A stretch of 64,000 bases of DNA from Mobula hypostoma (lineage: Eukaryota): positions 17,112,001 through 17,176,000 of the forward strand of contig NC_086097.1 of assembly GCF_963921235.1 (NCBI RefSeq), in the 5' to 3' direction. The notes under the pieces were generated by a model that had not been told where the DNA came from, ran no database searches, and saw only the letters and a list, made by a program, of their open reading frames with translations. This document shows positions 35,758-48,937 of this stretch, in pieces. The translations under genes and the position numbers were made by a program. How positions within the stretch are numbered: position 1 is the first letter of the stretch; every line of letters begins with the position of its first letter.

Positions 35758-36897
35758 TGGTGGGTTTCGTACCTATGACATTGAGCAATCAGGATCAGAA
35801 ACACATTTAATATTACTGGTGTATGTTATGAAATTCGTTGTTTTTTGTGGCAGCAGCACATTGCCATATATAATAATAAAACTTAAAATTACAGTAAGTA
35901 ATATATAAATAAAAACACAATTAAATAACTTGTGAAGTATTACAAGAGATTTTAGTAAAATTTGAAAGCAGTAGTAAGACCTCATACTTAAATCCTGACC
36001 CCTCTTCAACCTCTGAGTGAGGGTAACCCTGCTTTCCCTTAGTTTTAGGAATTATGGAATGTGGGTGTGTCCTTTAGACTGACCTAATTGTAGAATCAGC
36101 ATTCTGAACCTTTACTTTCCGCAATAAACACAAAGATTTTTCCACTGCTGTAGAATCATACATCATTCAAGACAGACATTTCATTCAGAGTGTTGGCTCT
36201 TTGAAGAGCTATCCAGTTCCTCTCAATCCCCTGCTCTCTCCCCATTCCACTGCAATTTTATTCCCTTCTTCAAGTCGTTATTCAGTTTGCTTTTAAAGGT
36301 TACCATGGAAACTGCTCCCACCATTCTTTCAGACATTGCATTCCACATCATGACAACACATGGGTTTAAATTTAAAAAATCCTACACCTTCTTCTGATCC
36401 TTTTGTCTTCTGGCTTATATCTGGGTTCTCTGTTTTGCAGTGCCCTTTGGAATTATAAGTGTAGGAGGTTGTTAAAATACTTGAAAGGATTCATCTAATC
36501 CCACGTCACCTCTTCTTTCTTTATAAAACAAAAATTTCACAGTTTCTCCTCTGAAGAACCATGGGTGGGTGGGGCCACTTCCATGGCTGGGACTGCGATC
36601 TCCAAAGCAATAGAAGAATCTGGAATCCAAAGTTATACAAACAGTGTGATTAATCAGTTGTTGCAAAATATCACTTGACAAAATCAGTTAGAAAATACAC
36701 AACCATCCTCGGCAATATTTTCTAGATTTGCATTGCTTATGCTGAGTCGAAATCTTGACAGGGCAAGGCCTGTTCAGAAAAGAACAGCAAAACATGAACT
36801 TTGTTTATCCTGTGTCCTGGGGTGTATATCCAACAAAATTCTCAGGGAATTCACTGCAAATAGAAAGGTGACATCCTTGCTGTGTTCTCTGTAATCT

Positions 36898-37511
36898 GTT
36901 GTGTACATACATCTATTGATGCTTCTGGCCACATCTTCAGTGATGTTCCTGGAATCATCGGGTGTTTCTGGTCTTTCAACATCATACAACCTCCTCCAGG
37001 TGACCCAGCCGGGGCTGATCAGACCCCAGCTTGTGTCCAGATGGCTAGCTACTTATGACTCCATGGCTCCCCTCTTTTGAGCCACAGCCATCTTGAGGCC
37101 CTCTCTGCCACATCGGTGGTACTGCGGATGGCTCTCCTCTTCCTCTCCCCCTCCATGCCCAAATTGCTGAAGGCTCTAACTAAAGAATGGGCTACGAATC
37201 CCCTACAACCAACCTCCACTGGGAGACACCTCGCTCTCCATCCAGCCTGCTGACAGTTGCTGACCAGTCCTGTGTACATAGAGAGCTTCCTTTCAAAGGA
37301 CTCTTCCAAGCTATCTTTCCATGGGACTGTCAGCTCCAGCAGCACCACTTGCTTAGTAGACTCAGACACTAGGACAATGTCTGGTCGCAGGGTGGTGGCT
37401 GCGATATGGTTGGGGAACTTCAGCTACCCTTCGAGGTCCACCAACAGCTGCCAGTCCCTTGCAGAGGTCAGAATGCCTGCAGATGTTCTTTTGGCAAAAG
37501 GAGTACTTCAA
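36898..37511 (-). mobile_element. HERO-like non-LTR retrotransposon 3' part with restriction-like endonuclease domain
   Basis: TLRPDIVLVSESTKQVVLLELTVPW..FERKLS.Y..PVEVGCRGF..ASRWLWLKR; 3' UTR; flanking TAATCT duplication (36892-97, 37512-17). Confidence 0.85.
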
Positions 37512-37671
37512 TAATCTACATGAAGTCAAAGTCAGTCATTGAAGATGGTTTGCCTGTTGGAACCCAAAAATGTATGAAAGTGTTAGAATTGTCACTGCTG
37601 ATACCACCCAGCAACTCAACCTTGAACTAATTTGTTAGCCTTCTAGTATCATTGTCCTTCACTCTCCCCAG

Positions 37672-38555
37672 TTAAGTTCAAAGGTTCATTTATTTTCAAA
37701 GAATGTGTCTATATACAACTCTGAAATTTGTCTTCTCCAGGTAGTCACGAAACAAAGAAAGAACATGAAAGTCATTCAGAGAGTAACATCAAACCCACCC
37801 CCCCCACACACAAAAAAAGAACAGCATCCTGATCATCAACTCTCAAAACCCCCCTCCCTCGCAAAAATGGAACAGGAACATCACCCCGCACAAAAAACTT
37901 ACAGAACACAACAAGACATCATCCCACTACCACCCTCCCATTGCACAACAAAATGTAAAGGAACAGGCAATAAAAAACACAGAATATAAAAGCAATAATT
38001 CTGAAAATGTCCATGGTCCATAAATGCAATTGTCTAGTCCATAAATGCAGAACCAAAATGCCATACTATGATATCACTGACATTCATCGAAAGAGAGGGA
38101 CAACACAGGAGTAGAGAGGCCTACCCGCCTGCCACAGCAAGCCACACAGCGACAGGCCGCAAGCAGATTCCTTCTCTGGCAGTGATGAAAAGAAGGGAGT
38201 CGGTGCTGAACTCTCGCTTGACTTCTGCATTCACCTCGATGTCTCAATCCTCCTCAAAGCTGTAATCGGTGATTAATGGATGCTCTAACCGGCGAAATGG
38301 AGTTGAACACTGGTTCGCACCCTGTCTCGAAGCTTCTTCTCATTGAGGCCATCCAAATATGTGCTCTCTTCCCGGCACCTTCTCGGAGACAGCAAAGTAC
38401 TGGATCACTCAGTTGATCTCCATACTGTAAATCGCAGGCTCTAACCATTCCAGAAAAACATTTAAGGTGAAAATCAGATGTAAAAGAAGTGAATAAGGCA
38501 TTTTTGAGAGCTATCTGGAAGTTGACAATCAAGGGAACATATTATGCTGGCGCCA
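37672..38555 (-). mobile_element. Non-autonomous Rex1-like derivative (5' UTR-like head joined to 3' tail)
   Basis: Begins GATGGCGCCAGC on the minus strand and ends AATAAATGAACCTTTGAAC like the Rex1 tails in the window; no RT. Confidence 0.5.
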
Positions 38556-39299
38556 TCCATTCTTACTTGTTGAAAATCAACATAAAATTGAAAGTGGAGC
38601 TTATTGGCTTTTGCACAATTATATGCATGCACAGGTACGACAATACACTTACCTGAGGAAATCACAGGAATGTAGCATCATATTAGTTGCTTTCGCAAGA
38701 AAAACATAAATTATGTAGAATTTTTCCAAGGAGGAATACTTTGAGAACAAAAAAAACCTGAAGTCTATTTGAGTGCCAAGTGATCAAAGAGGTCATAGTG
38801 TTAGTATAATGCAGTGATTAGGTTGTGCAGGTTGGTTCAAGAACAGAGCGGAGGGAAGTAGTTGTTCATGAACCTGGTGTTATGGGACTTTTAGCTTCTG
38901 TGCCTCACGACTGATTGTAGCTGCAAGAAAAAGGCATGGCCCAGTTGATGGGTGTCATTCATGTTGAATGTTACCTTCTTGAGGTAGAGCTTCCTGTAGA
39001 GTGTAGCAGTCAGTGCGACACTTTACATCAGTCAGCTGTAAGATCGGGGTTTGACTCTTACCACTGTCTGAAAGAAGTCTGTACATTCTCCCCCTGACTG
39101 AGTGGGTGTCCTCCAGTTGCTCTGCCATATAACATATGGTTTGGGTTAGTGAATTGTGACATGCTATGTTGGTGCTGGCAGCTTAGAGACCCTTGCGGAT
39201 ACTTGTGGGCTGCCCAGCGCAATCGTTGATGACTTGATTTGACACAAAACAACACATATAGAGCTGGTATCTGTTTAGCTACTACTGTTGGTGGGGAGG

Positions 39300-39725
39300 G
39301 GTGGTGCCCTTCATCATCCAAGAGGATTGCAACCTTGTCGTGCTTTGGAGGTTTACGTGCCTCAGTGATCTGGAGAGCTATGTGGGTTGGAGCCCTTGGC
39401 CTTGGTTCCTGGTAGGGTCACCCATGCCAAACAGGTCAAAGGATAGAGAACAGACTAAGAGTGGTCCACCAGTCCTCTAGGTTCGGGTGTTCAGTTTAGG
39501 ACTAACAACACTGACAAGTAAAGCAAAATTGTTACATAAGCAGAAATTAAGTATCCTCCTACATCTGTGTGTGATAGTATTCCTGAGTCGCCAACTGAGA
39601 CTTGCATGACTGACAGTAGTGAAAACCAAGAGGAAGCCACTGGCACGATGAAGGAAGCTTTGAACACTACCAGAGATGGAGGACCTCCCTGCTGCCCTAA
39701 ATGCCAGCGGCGTAATGGGCAGTAG
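39300..39725 (+). mobile_element. Bipartite RTE-derived non-autonomous element
   Basis: RTE-like 5' region (CCTGGTAGGGTCACCCATGCCAAACAGGTC) fused to the tail shared with 15310-15362. Confidence 0.55.
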
Positions 39726-40844
39726 GAGGGTTATCAGCACGAAGAGGCTACACAGGGAAGTGTAGAGCACTAATTATCACAAGACCCTTTGGCCGAGGGT
39801 AAAATTGCTAAGACTATGTCAGAGCTCAGGAAAATAATGTGTCTGTGTCTCCCAAGGAATGTATTTAAAAAAATAGGACAAAGCACAACCTGTGCAGACA
39901 TTTCCTACTTATCGACTCAGACACATTCTGTATGATTTTGATTCCCACATGTGGTGAAGGGAGAAGACTTGTTCTGTCCCATACAAACAAAAGATCTGAA
40001 GCATAATACTAAGAATTAAGGAAGATTTCTACACATTTTGGCTAACCTTCTCCTTTTACAAGCACCATCAAAAATACATCAACTTGCATTTGCTGTGTAC
40101 AAGTATGATAACCATTGCTGGACTTTAAAGCAACTAATTTTAATAGAGTTTCTCAAGATATTTTTGTTAACTGATTACCCTTTATAATAGTTTCCATCTG
40201 TTTTGTGCACGACCCTACCAAAATAATGTAATGAAGGTGAATATTTTGGGTCCCTGATTTTAACTCTGAATGGGTGTCAATAAGGCCAAAGGATTACTAG
40301 CCCACTAGTTTAAGTGAGCAGCATAGTAACCTGGTGGTACGTGTAACGCATTATGGTGCCACTGATTGGTGTTCAATTTGCACTGTTGTCTACAAGGAGT
40401 TTGTACATTCTTCCCATTCAAAGTTCAAAGTTCAAAGTGAAGTTATTATCAAAGTATATATATATATATGTCACTATATACAACCCTGCCATTCATTTTC
40501 TTGTGGGCATTCACAGTAAATACAAAGAAACAACAACAATAATAATAATAATTAATAATAATAAAATAAATAAATAAGCAACAGACTTCAAGAACATGAG
40601 ATGGAAACTCCTCAAAAGTGAATCCGTAAGTTGTAGGAACAGTTCAGTGTTGGGGTGGGTGAATTTGTGAAGCTATCCCCTCTGTAGCAGAGCCTGATGG
40701 CTGAAGGGTAATAACTGTTCCTGAACCTGATGGTACGGGTCCTGAGTCTTCTTTATCTCCTTCTTGATAGCAGCGGTGAGAAGAGAGCATGGTCTGGGTG
40801 AGGGGAGGGGTCTTCGATGATGGATCCTGCGACAGTGCTGCATG

Positions 40845-42618
40845 TAGTTTTAATCAATAAGCTTCTAGGCCTTGGCCTCAATATCTCCTCGATTTTCTCA
40901 TTTGCAGACCAGTCAGTTGGGATTGGCAACAAAATCTCTATAATCACCATCAGCACAGGTGCATCTCAAGGCTGTGTGCTTACCCCCCTGCTCTACTCGC
41001 TTTACATTTACGACTATGTGGCTAAGCACAGGTCCAATGCCATATTCAAGCCTGCTGATGGTACCACTGTCATAAGCTGAATCAAAGGTGGTGATGAATC
41101 AGTATATAGGAGGGAGATTGAAAATCTGGCCGAGTGGTGTCATAACAACAATCTCTCACTCAATGTCAGCAAGACCAAGGAACTGATTCTTGACTTCAGG
41201 AGAAAGGATCCAAAAGTCCACTAGCCAAACCTCATCTGAGGAGGAGAGGTGGAGAGGGTCAGCGACTTTAAATTCTTTGGTGTTACTATTTCAGAGGACC
41301 TGTCCTGGAGCCAGCATACAGGTGCAATTACAAAGAAAGCAAGGGAGTGCCTCTACTTCCTTAGGAGCTTACGAAGATTGGGCATAACATCTAAACCTTT
41401 GACAAACTTCTATCGATGTGCCGTGGAATGTATATTGACTGGCTGCATCTCAGCCTAGTATGGAAACACCAATGCCCTACGTTGTGGAAAATCCTACATA
41501 GAGTAGTGGCTATAGTCCAGTACGTCACGGGTAAAACACTTCCCATCATTGAGCACATCTACATGAAACACTGTTGCAAGAAAGCAGCATCTATCAGCAG
41601 AGACCCCCACAACATGCCCTCTTCTCACTGCTGTCATAGGAAGAAGGTACAGGAGCCTCAGGACTCACACCACCATGTTCAGGAACAGTCTCCCCCGGTC
41701 ATCAGGGTCTTGAACCATAGGGGCTAACTTCATTCAACTTCACTTACCCCATCACTGAAGTATTCCCCTAAAACCCTCACTAATTTTTATAGATGCACTG
41801 TAGAAAGCATTCTTCTAGGGTGCATCACAACCTGGTATGGAAGTTGTCCTGTCCAAGACTGGAAGAAGCTGCAGAAGATCGTGAACACAGCCCAGCACAT
41901 CACACAAACCAATCTTCCGTCTTTGGACTCACTTTACACAGCACGCTGTCAGAGCAGGCTGCCAAGATAATCACGGACACAACCCACCCAGCCAACACAC
42001 TTTTCATCCTTCTTCTCTCTGGGAGAAGGCTCAGGAGCTTGAAGACTCATACGGCCGGATTTGGGAATAGTTTCTTTCCAACTGTGATAAGACTGCTGAA
42101 CGAATTCTGACCCGGATCTGGGCCGGACCCTCCAATATCCGGACCTGCCTCGGTTTTTTTGAACTACCTTACTTTCCCTTTTCTATTTTCTATTTATGAT
42201 TTATAATTTAAATTTTTTATATTTACTGTTGATTTGTACACCAGGGAGCACGAAGCGCAGAGTCAAATATTGCTGTGATGATTGTACGCTCTAGTATCAA
42301 TCGTTTGGCAACAATAAAGTAAAGTATATTTCCCACAGCCTAGGGACTCATTTTCAAGGATTCTTCATCTCATGTTCTCAATACTCATTGTTTATTTATT
42401 TATTATTATTATTATTTCATTCTTTTGGTATCTGCCCAGTTTGTTTTCTTTTGCATACTGGTTGAACGACCAAGCTGGTGTGGTCTTTCACTGATTTTGT
42501 AATGGTTATTATTCTATTATGGATTTATTTATTCTGCCCACAATAAAAGTAGTCTCAAGTTTGTATGTAGTTACATATATATATTTTGATTAAAAAATTT
42601 ACTTCAAAGTTTGAACTT
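40845..42618 (+). mobile_element. Rex1/Babar RT and 3' end, itself interrupted by another Rex1 3' end (about 41770-42325)
   Basis: STGASQGCVLTPLLYSLY, FKFFGVTISEDLSWSQH, LYFLRSLRRLG..LTNFYRCAVE; two separate tails. Confidence 0.85.
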
Positions 42619-42782
42619 TGAGGACTGGCTCATGGACTTCCGGTTTCCTCCTCCCTTAGTCAATAATCAGCTCCTTGGTGTTGCTGGCATTTAGTGAATG
42701 GCTGTTGTTCTGATTTTTAGTCTTCCTCTATATGCTGATTCAGCCTATGGCCATGGTATCATCAATAAATTTAATTATGGCA

Positions 42783-42925
42783 CTTGGACAGGTACATGGA
42801 TGAGAGGTGTATGGAGGGATATGGTCCAGGTGCAGGTCAGTGGGACTAGGCAGAAAAATGGTTCGGCACAGCTAAGAAGGGCCAAAAGGCCTGTTTCTGT
42901 GCTGTAATGTTCTGTGGTTTTATGC
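42783..42925 (+). mobile_element. CR1 family A 3' tip
   Basis: Matches 6498-6620. Confidence 0.8.
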
Positions 42926-44971
42926 TTCTATAAAGTGAGTAGAGCAGGGAGCTAAGCACACTGTTTTGTGGTGCACCTGTGTTGATGGAGATTGTGGAGA
43001 AGATTTTACTGCCAATCTGAACTGACTGGGGTCTGCAAGTGAGGAAATCGATAATCCAGTTGCACAAGTAGGTATTGAGGCTGAGGTCTTGGAGCTGATT
43101 GACTCGTTTTGAGGGGGTGATACCGTTGAATACTGAGCTGCAGTCAATGAAGAGCATCCTGATGTACGTGTCTTCACCATGCAGATGTTCCAGGGTTGAG
43201 TGAAGAGCCAATGAAATGGCATCTGTTGTTGACCTGTTGTGACAGTAGGCAAACTAGAGTAGATCCAAGTCATTTCTCAGGTAGGAGTTTCATCACCAAC
43301 CTCTCAAAGCACTTCATCACAATGGATGCAAGTGCTACTGAATTATAGTATTAGGCAGGTTACCACGTTCTTCTGAGGCACACATTTAACTTAAACTAAC
43401 CTGAAGCAGGTAGATACCTCAGACTGCTGAAGTGAGAGGCTAAAGATACCAGTGAACACTCGGGTCAGTTTATGAGCAAAGGTCTATAGTACTCGACCAG
43501 GCACCCTGTCTGGGTCAGATGTTTTTCATGGGTTCACCCTCCTGAAGGATGCTGTTGTGGACTCAGAGACTGAAATCACAGGGTCATTGGGGATATAGGA
43601 GTTCATAAAGATGTCTCGATGTTATGATGGTCAAAGCAAGCATAAAAGACAATGAGCTCATCTGGGAGTGAAATCTTGTTGACAGCTAAGCCACTTAGTT
43701 TCACTTGTCGGAGGTGACAGCATTCAAGCCCTGCCACAGCTGTTGGGCATCCTTCAGTGATTTAGTTTTGGTCAGATTTGCCATTTTGCATGTGACATGG
43801 TTTTCCAGACATCATACCTGGACCTCTTATATTTTACTTGGTTGCCAGTCCTGAGCACCACTGATCTGGACCTCAGCAGACTGTGGTTCTCTTGCAGGGC
43901 TTCTGGCTGGGGAAGTCTCTGAATGATTTTGTGGAGACCCACTTGTCTACAAATGTTTTTGTAAAGTCTTATGATAACCAGCGTGTGTTCGGTCAGACCC
44001 TCTGATGAGTCCTCGAATATGGCCTGGTCCACCAACTCAACGCGATACCATAGCAGCTGTTCCGCCTCCCACAGCCAACTCTTCGTTGTCCTTATCTCCG
44101 CAGCGTCACTCTTTAGCCTCTGCCCATATACAGACTGAAGGAGGTCGGATTTCCCAAAGCGCAGTCTAAGGATGAAATAGTAGGCATTTCTAATCGAGTG
44201 GTCACATGCGTTGGGACCCCTTGTGCTGCAGGTGACATGCTGCTGATAATTAGGCAGAGAGTTCCTCAAACAAGTTTGATTGAAGCACCCGCCAATGATT
44301 GGAAAGGTGTCAGGGTAGGCTGTTTCTTGTTTCATGAACGGTGCACTCATTTGTTTGCTAATCACGACCACATTAGTTTCCTCCGGGTGCTCTGGTTTCC
44401 TCCCACATTCCAAAGATGTATGGTTAGGGCTAGTGAGTTGTGGGCATAATACGTTGGTGCTGGAAGCATGTTGTCACTTGAGGACTACCTTCAGCACAAT
44501 CCTTGCTGATTTGATTTGATAAAAAACAATGTATTTCACTGTCTGTTTCAATGTACATGTGACAAATAAAGCTCGTCTTAAAAAAAATGTTAATTGCAGC
44601 AATAGTGAAGGCCAGGGTAATCTTGAACCCTGAATTACAATTGGTGGTCCAGTTAAGTCCATGAAAAGCATCTGTGGAGTGAATGAAATGCAAGGCTGCA
44701 AGAGGCCGAGTGAAAAGACTTCACTCACGTGAACTAGAGAGAGGGAAGATAATGAGCTTTTCAGACCTGTGTGGAGAACATTGGGCTCCAAGCTTTTTGG
44801 AGCACCTGACTTGGTTAATTGCTGTTTAGCGAGAGTCATTGATCATTTGGAGCTCCTTGTGTTTTTCTTGAGTAACTTGCTCTTCGTAATGTGTTCCGCT
44901 GGTGCTTTCTATTTAAGCTTGTTAAGTTTACTTTGATAGGCTCAGGAATTTGGTGTTACTTGTATTATTAA

Positions 44972-45650
44972 GGAGGGGAGGAGAAGATGGCTGCATGATG
45001 CAGTGCGCGCGGCCGCTCCGGAATGATATTGTATTTGTTAAATAGGGGCCATGCACAATCCTGATTTGATGGAGACAGACGTGAGAAGCACGGAGGAACA
45101 TCCGGAGAAACTTCTGAAATGTCCACTTCGCTGCTACTGCTACTGTGCGATCGAGAATCTCCGGAGGGGAAGGCCCCAAATCCTCGGCTTCGTCTATTGC
45201 CTGTTGCCGGGGTGGGGTCGAAGCACTCGGCAGAGATGGTGCTCAGTGTCGGAGGGCTGGTCAGAGGCTTGAAGTTTTCAGATGGACTCAAGAGTCGGCT
45301 GTGGTTAGGTGCTTCCAGGATGCTGCATCGGCAAGTTTGCGGCGCTGGAAGCTCATGGCAGGGAGAGTTTCTCCCTTCTACCGTCTGCGCGAGATGATGG
45401 GACTTTTGAGAGACTTTGAGACTTTTTTTTTTACCATGCCCATGTTCTGTTCTTCATCAAATTATGATATTGTTTTCCACTGTTGTAACTATATGTTATA
45501 ATTATGTGGTTTTTGTCAGTATTTTTTAACCTTTGTTTCTCTTGTGTTTCTGTGATATCATTCTGGAGGAACATTGTATCATTTCTTAATGCATGCATTA
45601 CTAAATGACAATAAAAGAGGACTGCATGTCCTCATAATCTAATCTAATCT
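44972..45650 (+). mobile_element. Non-autonomous retroposon family X, most complete copy
   Basis: Head GGAGGGGAGGAGAAGATGGC, tail AATAAAA-GAGGACTGCATGTCCTC-(AATCT)3, flanking ATTATT duplication. Confidence 0.88.
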
Positions 45651-48445
45651 AATTATTTAAGTGGACAGACGATTAGCACTAATCATAGGGTCCTAGTTAG
45701 AGAATGTTACTTCTTGCGGCATCGCTCACCGATAGTTTTTTGGAATTGTTATGAATAAACTCTTGTTGCCGGCTCTACATTGCAATCTGTCTTTCCTCCA
45801 CACTTGGGTTCCGATATTGCCAGCACACATTGTGACGGAATTTCTGAAACTTGGCCGGAAGCTGAGCCTGATCTAGGGTGTTGACAAGCGACTGCAGATG
45901 CTGGAATCAACAAACAATCTACTGGAGAAACTCAATAGGTCAAAGAGCACCTATAGGAGTGGGCAAGGAACTGACAGTGTTTCAGGTCAAAAATTGCAAG
46001 ATTTCAACCCAAGACAACATCAATTCCTTTCCTCCCATAGAAGCTGCTTGAACTACTATTCATATAGTAGATTGTTTGATCAGGAGTGCCCAAGCTTTCC
46101 CTATGGACCATCCCTCTTCTCTCAAGCCATTCTAAAAATGAATAAACATCTGTTAAAATGCTATCTGTTTTGCTGTTTCTGTTTCTGCCGCTGGTCATTT
46201 CCTCTCTGGGAGCTGGAACACCTTCAGAGCTCAGGAAAAATATTGATTGTGCTCCAATCATATTACCACATAATCTTACACCACAGTTTGGCAATGGATT
46301 AAATGTCCTTGATGTGGTGATTCTAAGTAAGGGCATGTCCAGAAAACTAATGGTTTCTGTCTGAAATGCCAACTGTGAAAAAGATCTTCCTGTGTGGCAG
46401 ATTCTTAATCGCAACGAGGAAAGAGAAGAAAAAAGGAGAAAAAAATAAAAAAAGAGAAGTTGTTTTCTGTCTTTCTCTGTCCGGCGGGAGAGCTTGTAAC
46501 ATGAAACATTAAGTCTTGTTTCTCTCTTGTTGCTGTCTGAACTATAAGACATTGAGGGGCAACTTTTTCATCCAGAGCAAGATAAGCGGTCAGAGGAAAT
46601 AATTGAGGCAGGTATATAAGCAATATTTGGAATGCAATTGTTCAGGTACATGGATAGGAAAGGTTGGAAAGAATATAGGCAAAATTCAGACAAATGGGTC
46701 TAGTTTAGAGGGGAACTACGGTGGGTGTGGACAAACTAGAAGAAGGGCCTACTTCCATGCTGAAGTACTCTATGACTGCTGAATGTCTCCATATTTTTTG
46801 ATAAATATTACAGTTGATTTTAACTGTCCACATGCCTAGTTTCTGCCACATTAATACTAATTCCTGTGTACTGTGGTTCCATAATTGGCTTGCTGTTAAC
46901 TGACACTACACAATATATCATCTGTGTTAACCTCATACCACAATATAGAATACAAAGTTCAGTAAATCATGTACTGCAGACTATGACTATGCAGACAGGG
47001 AGAAAGAACATGTCAACATTTCAGAAATGGGCCTTTGATTATAAGTATGTTAAATATCTCTGTAGTTTTTTAACTTGTGTTCACTTTATTTTCAGATGTA
47101 CATAGATTTTTCAACATATAATTTTAATCAAATAGAGTTAATTATATTTCAAGGTCTATATATTTTACTCTAAGCTGTGCTTACATTTAAGCAAAATTTC
47201 TTTGTTCTGAAGCACACATAATAAGGTAACTTGCTTTAATCCATTTCTTAACGAAAATTTTTTTCCAAAATATGCCCTGAATCATGGAATTTAGCCCTTA
47301 AAATCACACAGTATTAGAACATAGAACAGTACAGTACAGGAACAGGCTTTTCGGCCCACAGTGTTGTGCCAAACCAGCTAAAAAGTAAACCGAAAATGCC
47401 CAAATGCTAAAAATAATTCCTCCTACCTACACAATGTCTATATCCCGCCATCCAAAGTCATCATCGACACATGATGACTTTAAGGAGAATTCACAGGGAA
47501 GTTGATAAACATATAATTGAAAAAGGGTTAAGCCAATAGGATTAGATGGGGAGGAAAAGACTTCATGATATAATGTACAGTGTGTAAGATAAAACTATAA
47601 GAAAAATAAAAGATTAACGGCAAGTCTCTTCAGTGATTCAGATAAGAGAGTAATAACCACCCTACACCAGGTGTGTAAATGATGAATAAAAGATCATCCA
47701 TTCATTGTATGCCACATGCATTGATCAGATGTGCAGGTCTAAGGTTTCCAGTTTCTTAGTTTCAGGTAAACACCTGCGCAGATTTTGAAGACCCTTTGGA
47801 ACCCTTCACTTCTCCCACATTTCACCTTTTCAGTATATCGGATGCTAATTGTGAACAATATTCTTGCCACTGCCCGTAAGGAGTTGTGTACATTCTCCCC
47901 GTGACCGTGTGAGTTTCCCTTGGGTGCTCTACATTCCAAAGATATACGAGTTAGCAGGTCACAGGGGTGTAATTGTGCAGTGTTGGTTGGAAAGACCTGT
48001 TACTGTGTTCTATCACTAAATAAAATAATTTTTTTTTAGGGAGCACTTCTGCATCACAGCACTAATTGCTCTCTGGGCTACAATAATGATTACGTGAAGA
48101 TTTAGGCAGAGGTAGGAGTAATCTGTGAGGCACACTTTAAAAAAGAGAGCACAGCTTGTTTTAAGTTCCTCATATATTTGTATTCCACAAATGAACTTTG
48201 CTGGATATTAGGAATCCCTGGAAAATACATACTCCACACCAGCAACTAGATAGTTATGATAAAGAATCACAAACAAAATGATAAAATCTTTCTGCATCTG
48301 TAGAATGAATTGAGGAAATTTGCTGTCAGTCTTAGTAAGTTCAGGTGCCATCTGAGTAGTGGAGGATGCAGTACATGTAAAGGTGACTGCGTGCAGAATA
48401 CCATCCTGAACTGTTGGAGGGAAATTCAGTCCCATAATATCTACA

Positions 48446-48820
48446 TTGGGTGGTGGGGTGGAGATATGTCTCTACCAAAGGAGGTGTAAGGCACTCCTTC
48501 CCTCTGCCAGCCTGCAGGTCACCCTTGGGCAAAGTGTAACATCTTCTTAGCCCCTCCCTACCTCAATCACGGTCAAGTGAAGCCATGAAAGCATGTGGTG
48601 AATGGTCATATGAGCAGCTGGTACATATCGGAAATCCTGTTTACGCAACCAGTGGACATTCTCTGAAGAGTATTGATAATGGTTGGGGTCACCTGTCTTG
48701 TAAAGATACTGTCCAGAAAAAGGCGATGGTGAACCACTTCTTCAGAAAAAATTGCCAAGAACAATCATGGTCCATGATTGCCCTTGTCTATACAATTCAG
48801 CACATAATGATGGAGATGAC
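48446..48820 (+). mobile_element. RTE-related non-autonomous family Y
   Basis: Full-length-looking copy flanked by TATCTACAT / TATCTGCAT. Confidence 0.75.
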
Positions 48821-48937
48821 TATCTGCATATATCAGAAATCTCAGAGGTCATGACAAAGGCTGGGGGACCTGCTCTTAGAACATCAAAAGGACAGAGATC
48901 GCTTTCCAGGTGTATGAAATTCTTGACATTGAAGGTA

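Larger units (their letters stand above)
40420..44330 (-). mobile_element. Long decayed Rex1/Babar LINE with nested insertions
   Basis: Tail (TTCAAAG)n at 40420; RT at 42926-43270 (ALHSTLEHL..YIRMLFIDCSSVFN..GAPQ); endonuclease-like remnants at 43772-44330 (NYQQHVTCSTRG, FGKSD). Confidence 0.8.

Noticed and set aside
43772..44413. 213-aa ORF as a host gene
   Set aside because: Chimera of an antisense SINE piece and decayed Rex1 endonuclease.
46158..46364. 68-aa ORF with signal-peptide-like start MLSVLLFLFLPLVISSLG
   Set aside because: Hydrophobicity follows from T-rich sequence; no recognisable mature peptide or supporting gene structure.
46004..46552. 182-aa minus-strand ORF
   Set aside because: Runs through a low-complexity tract and into a repeat remnant; no domain.
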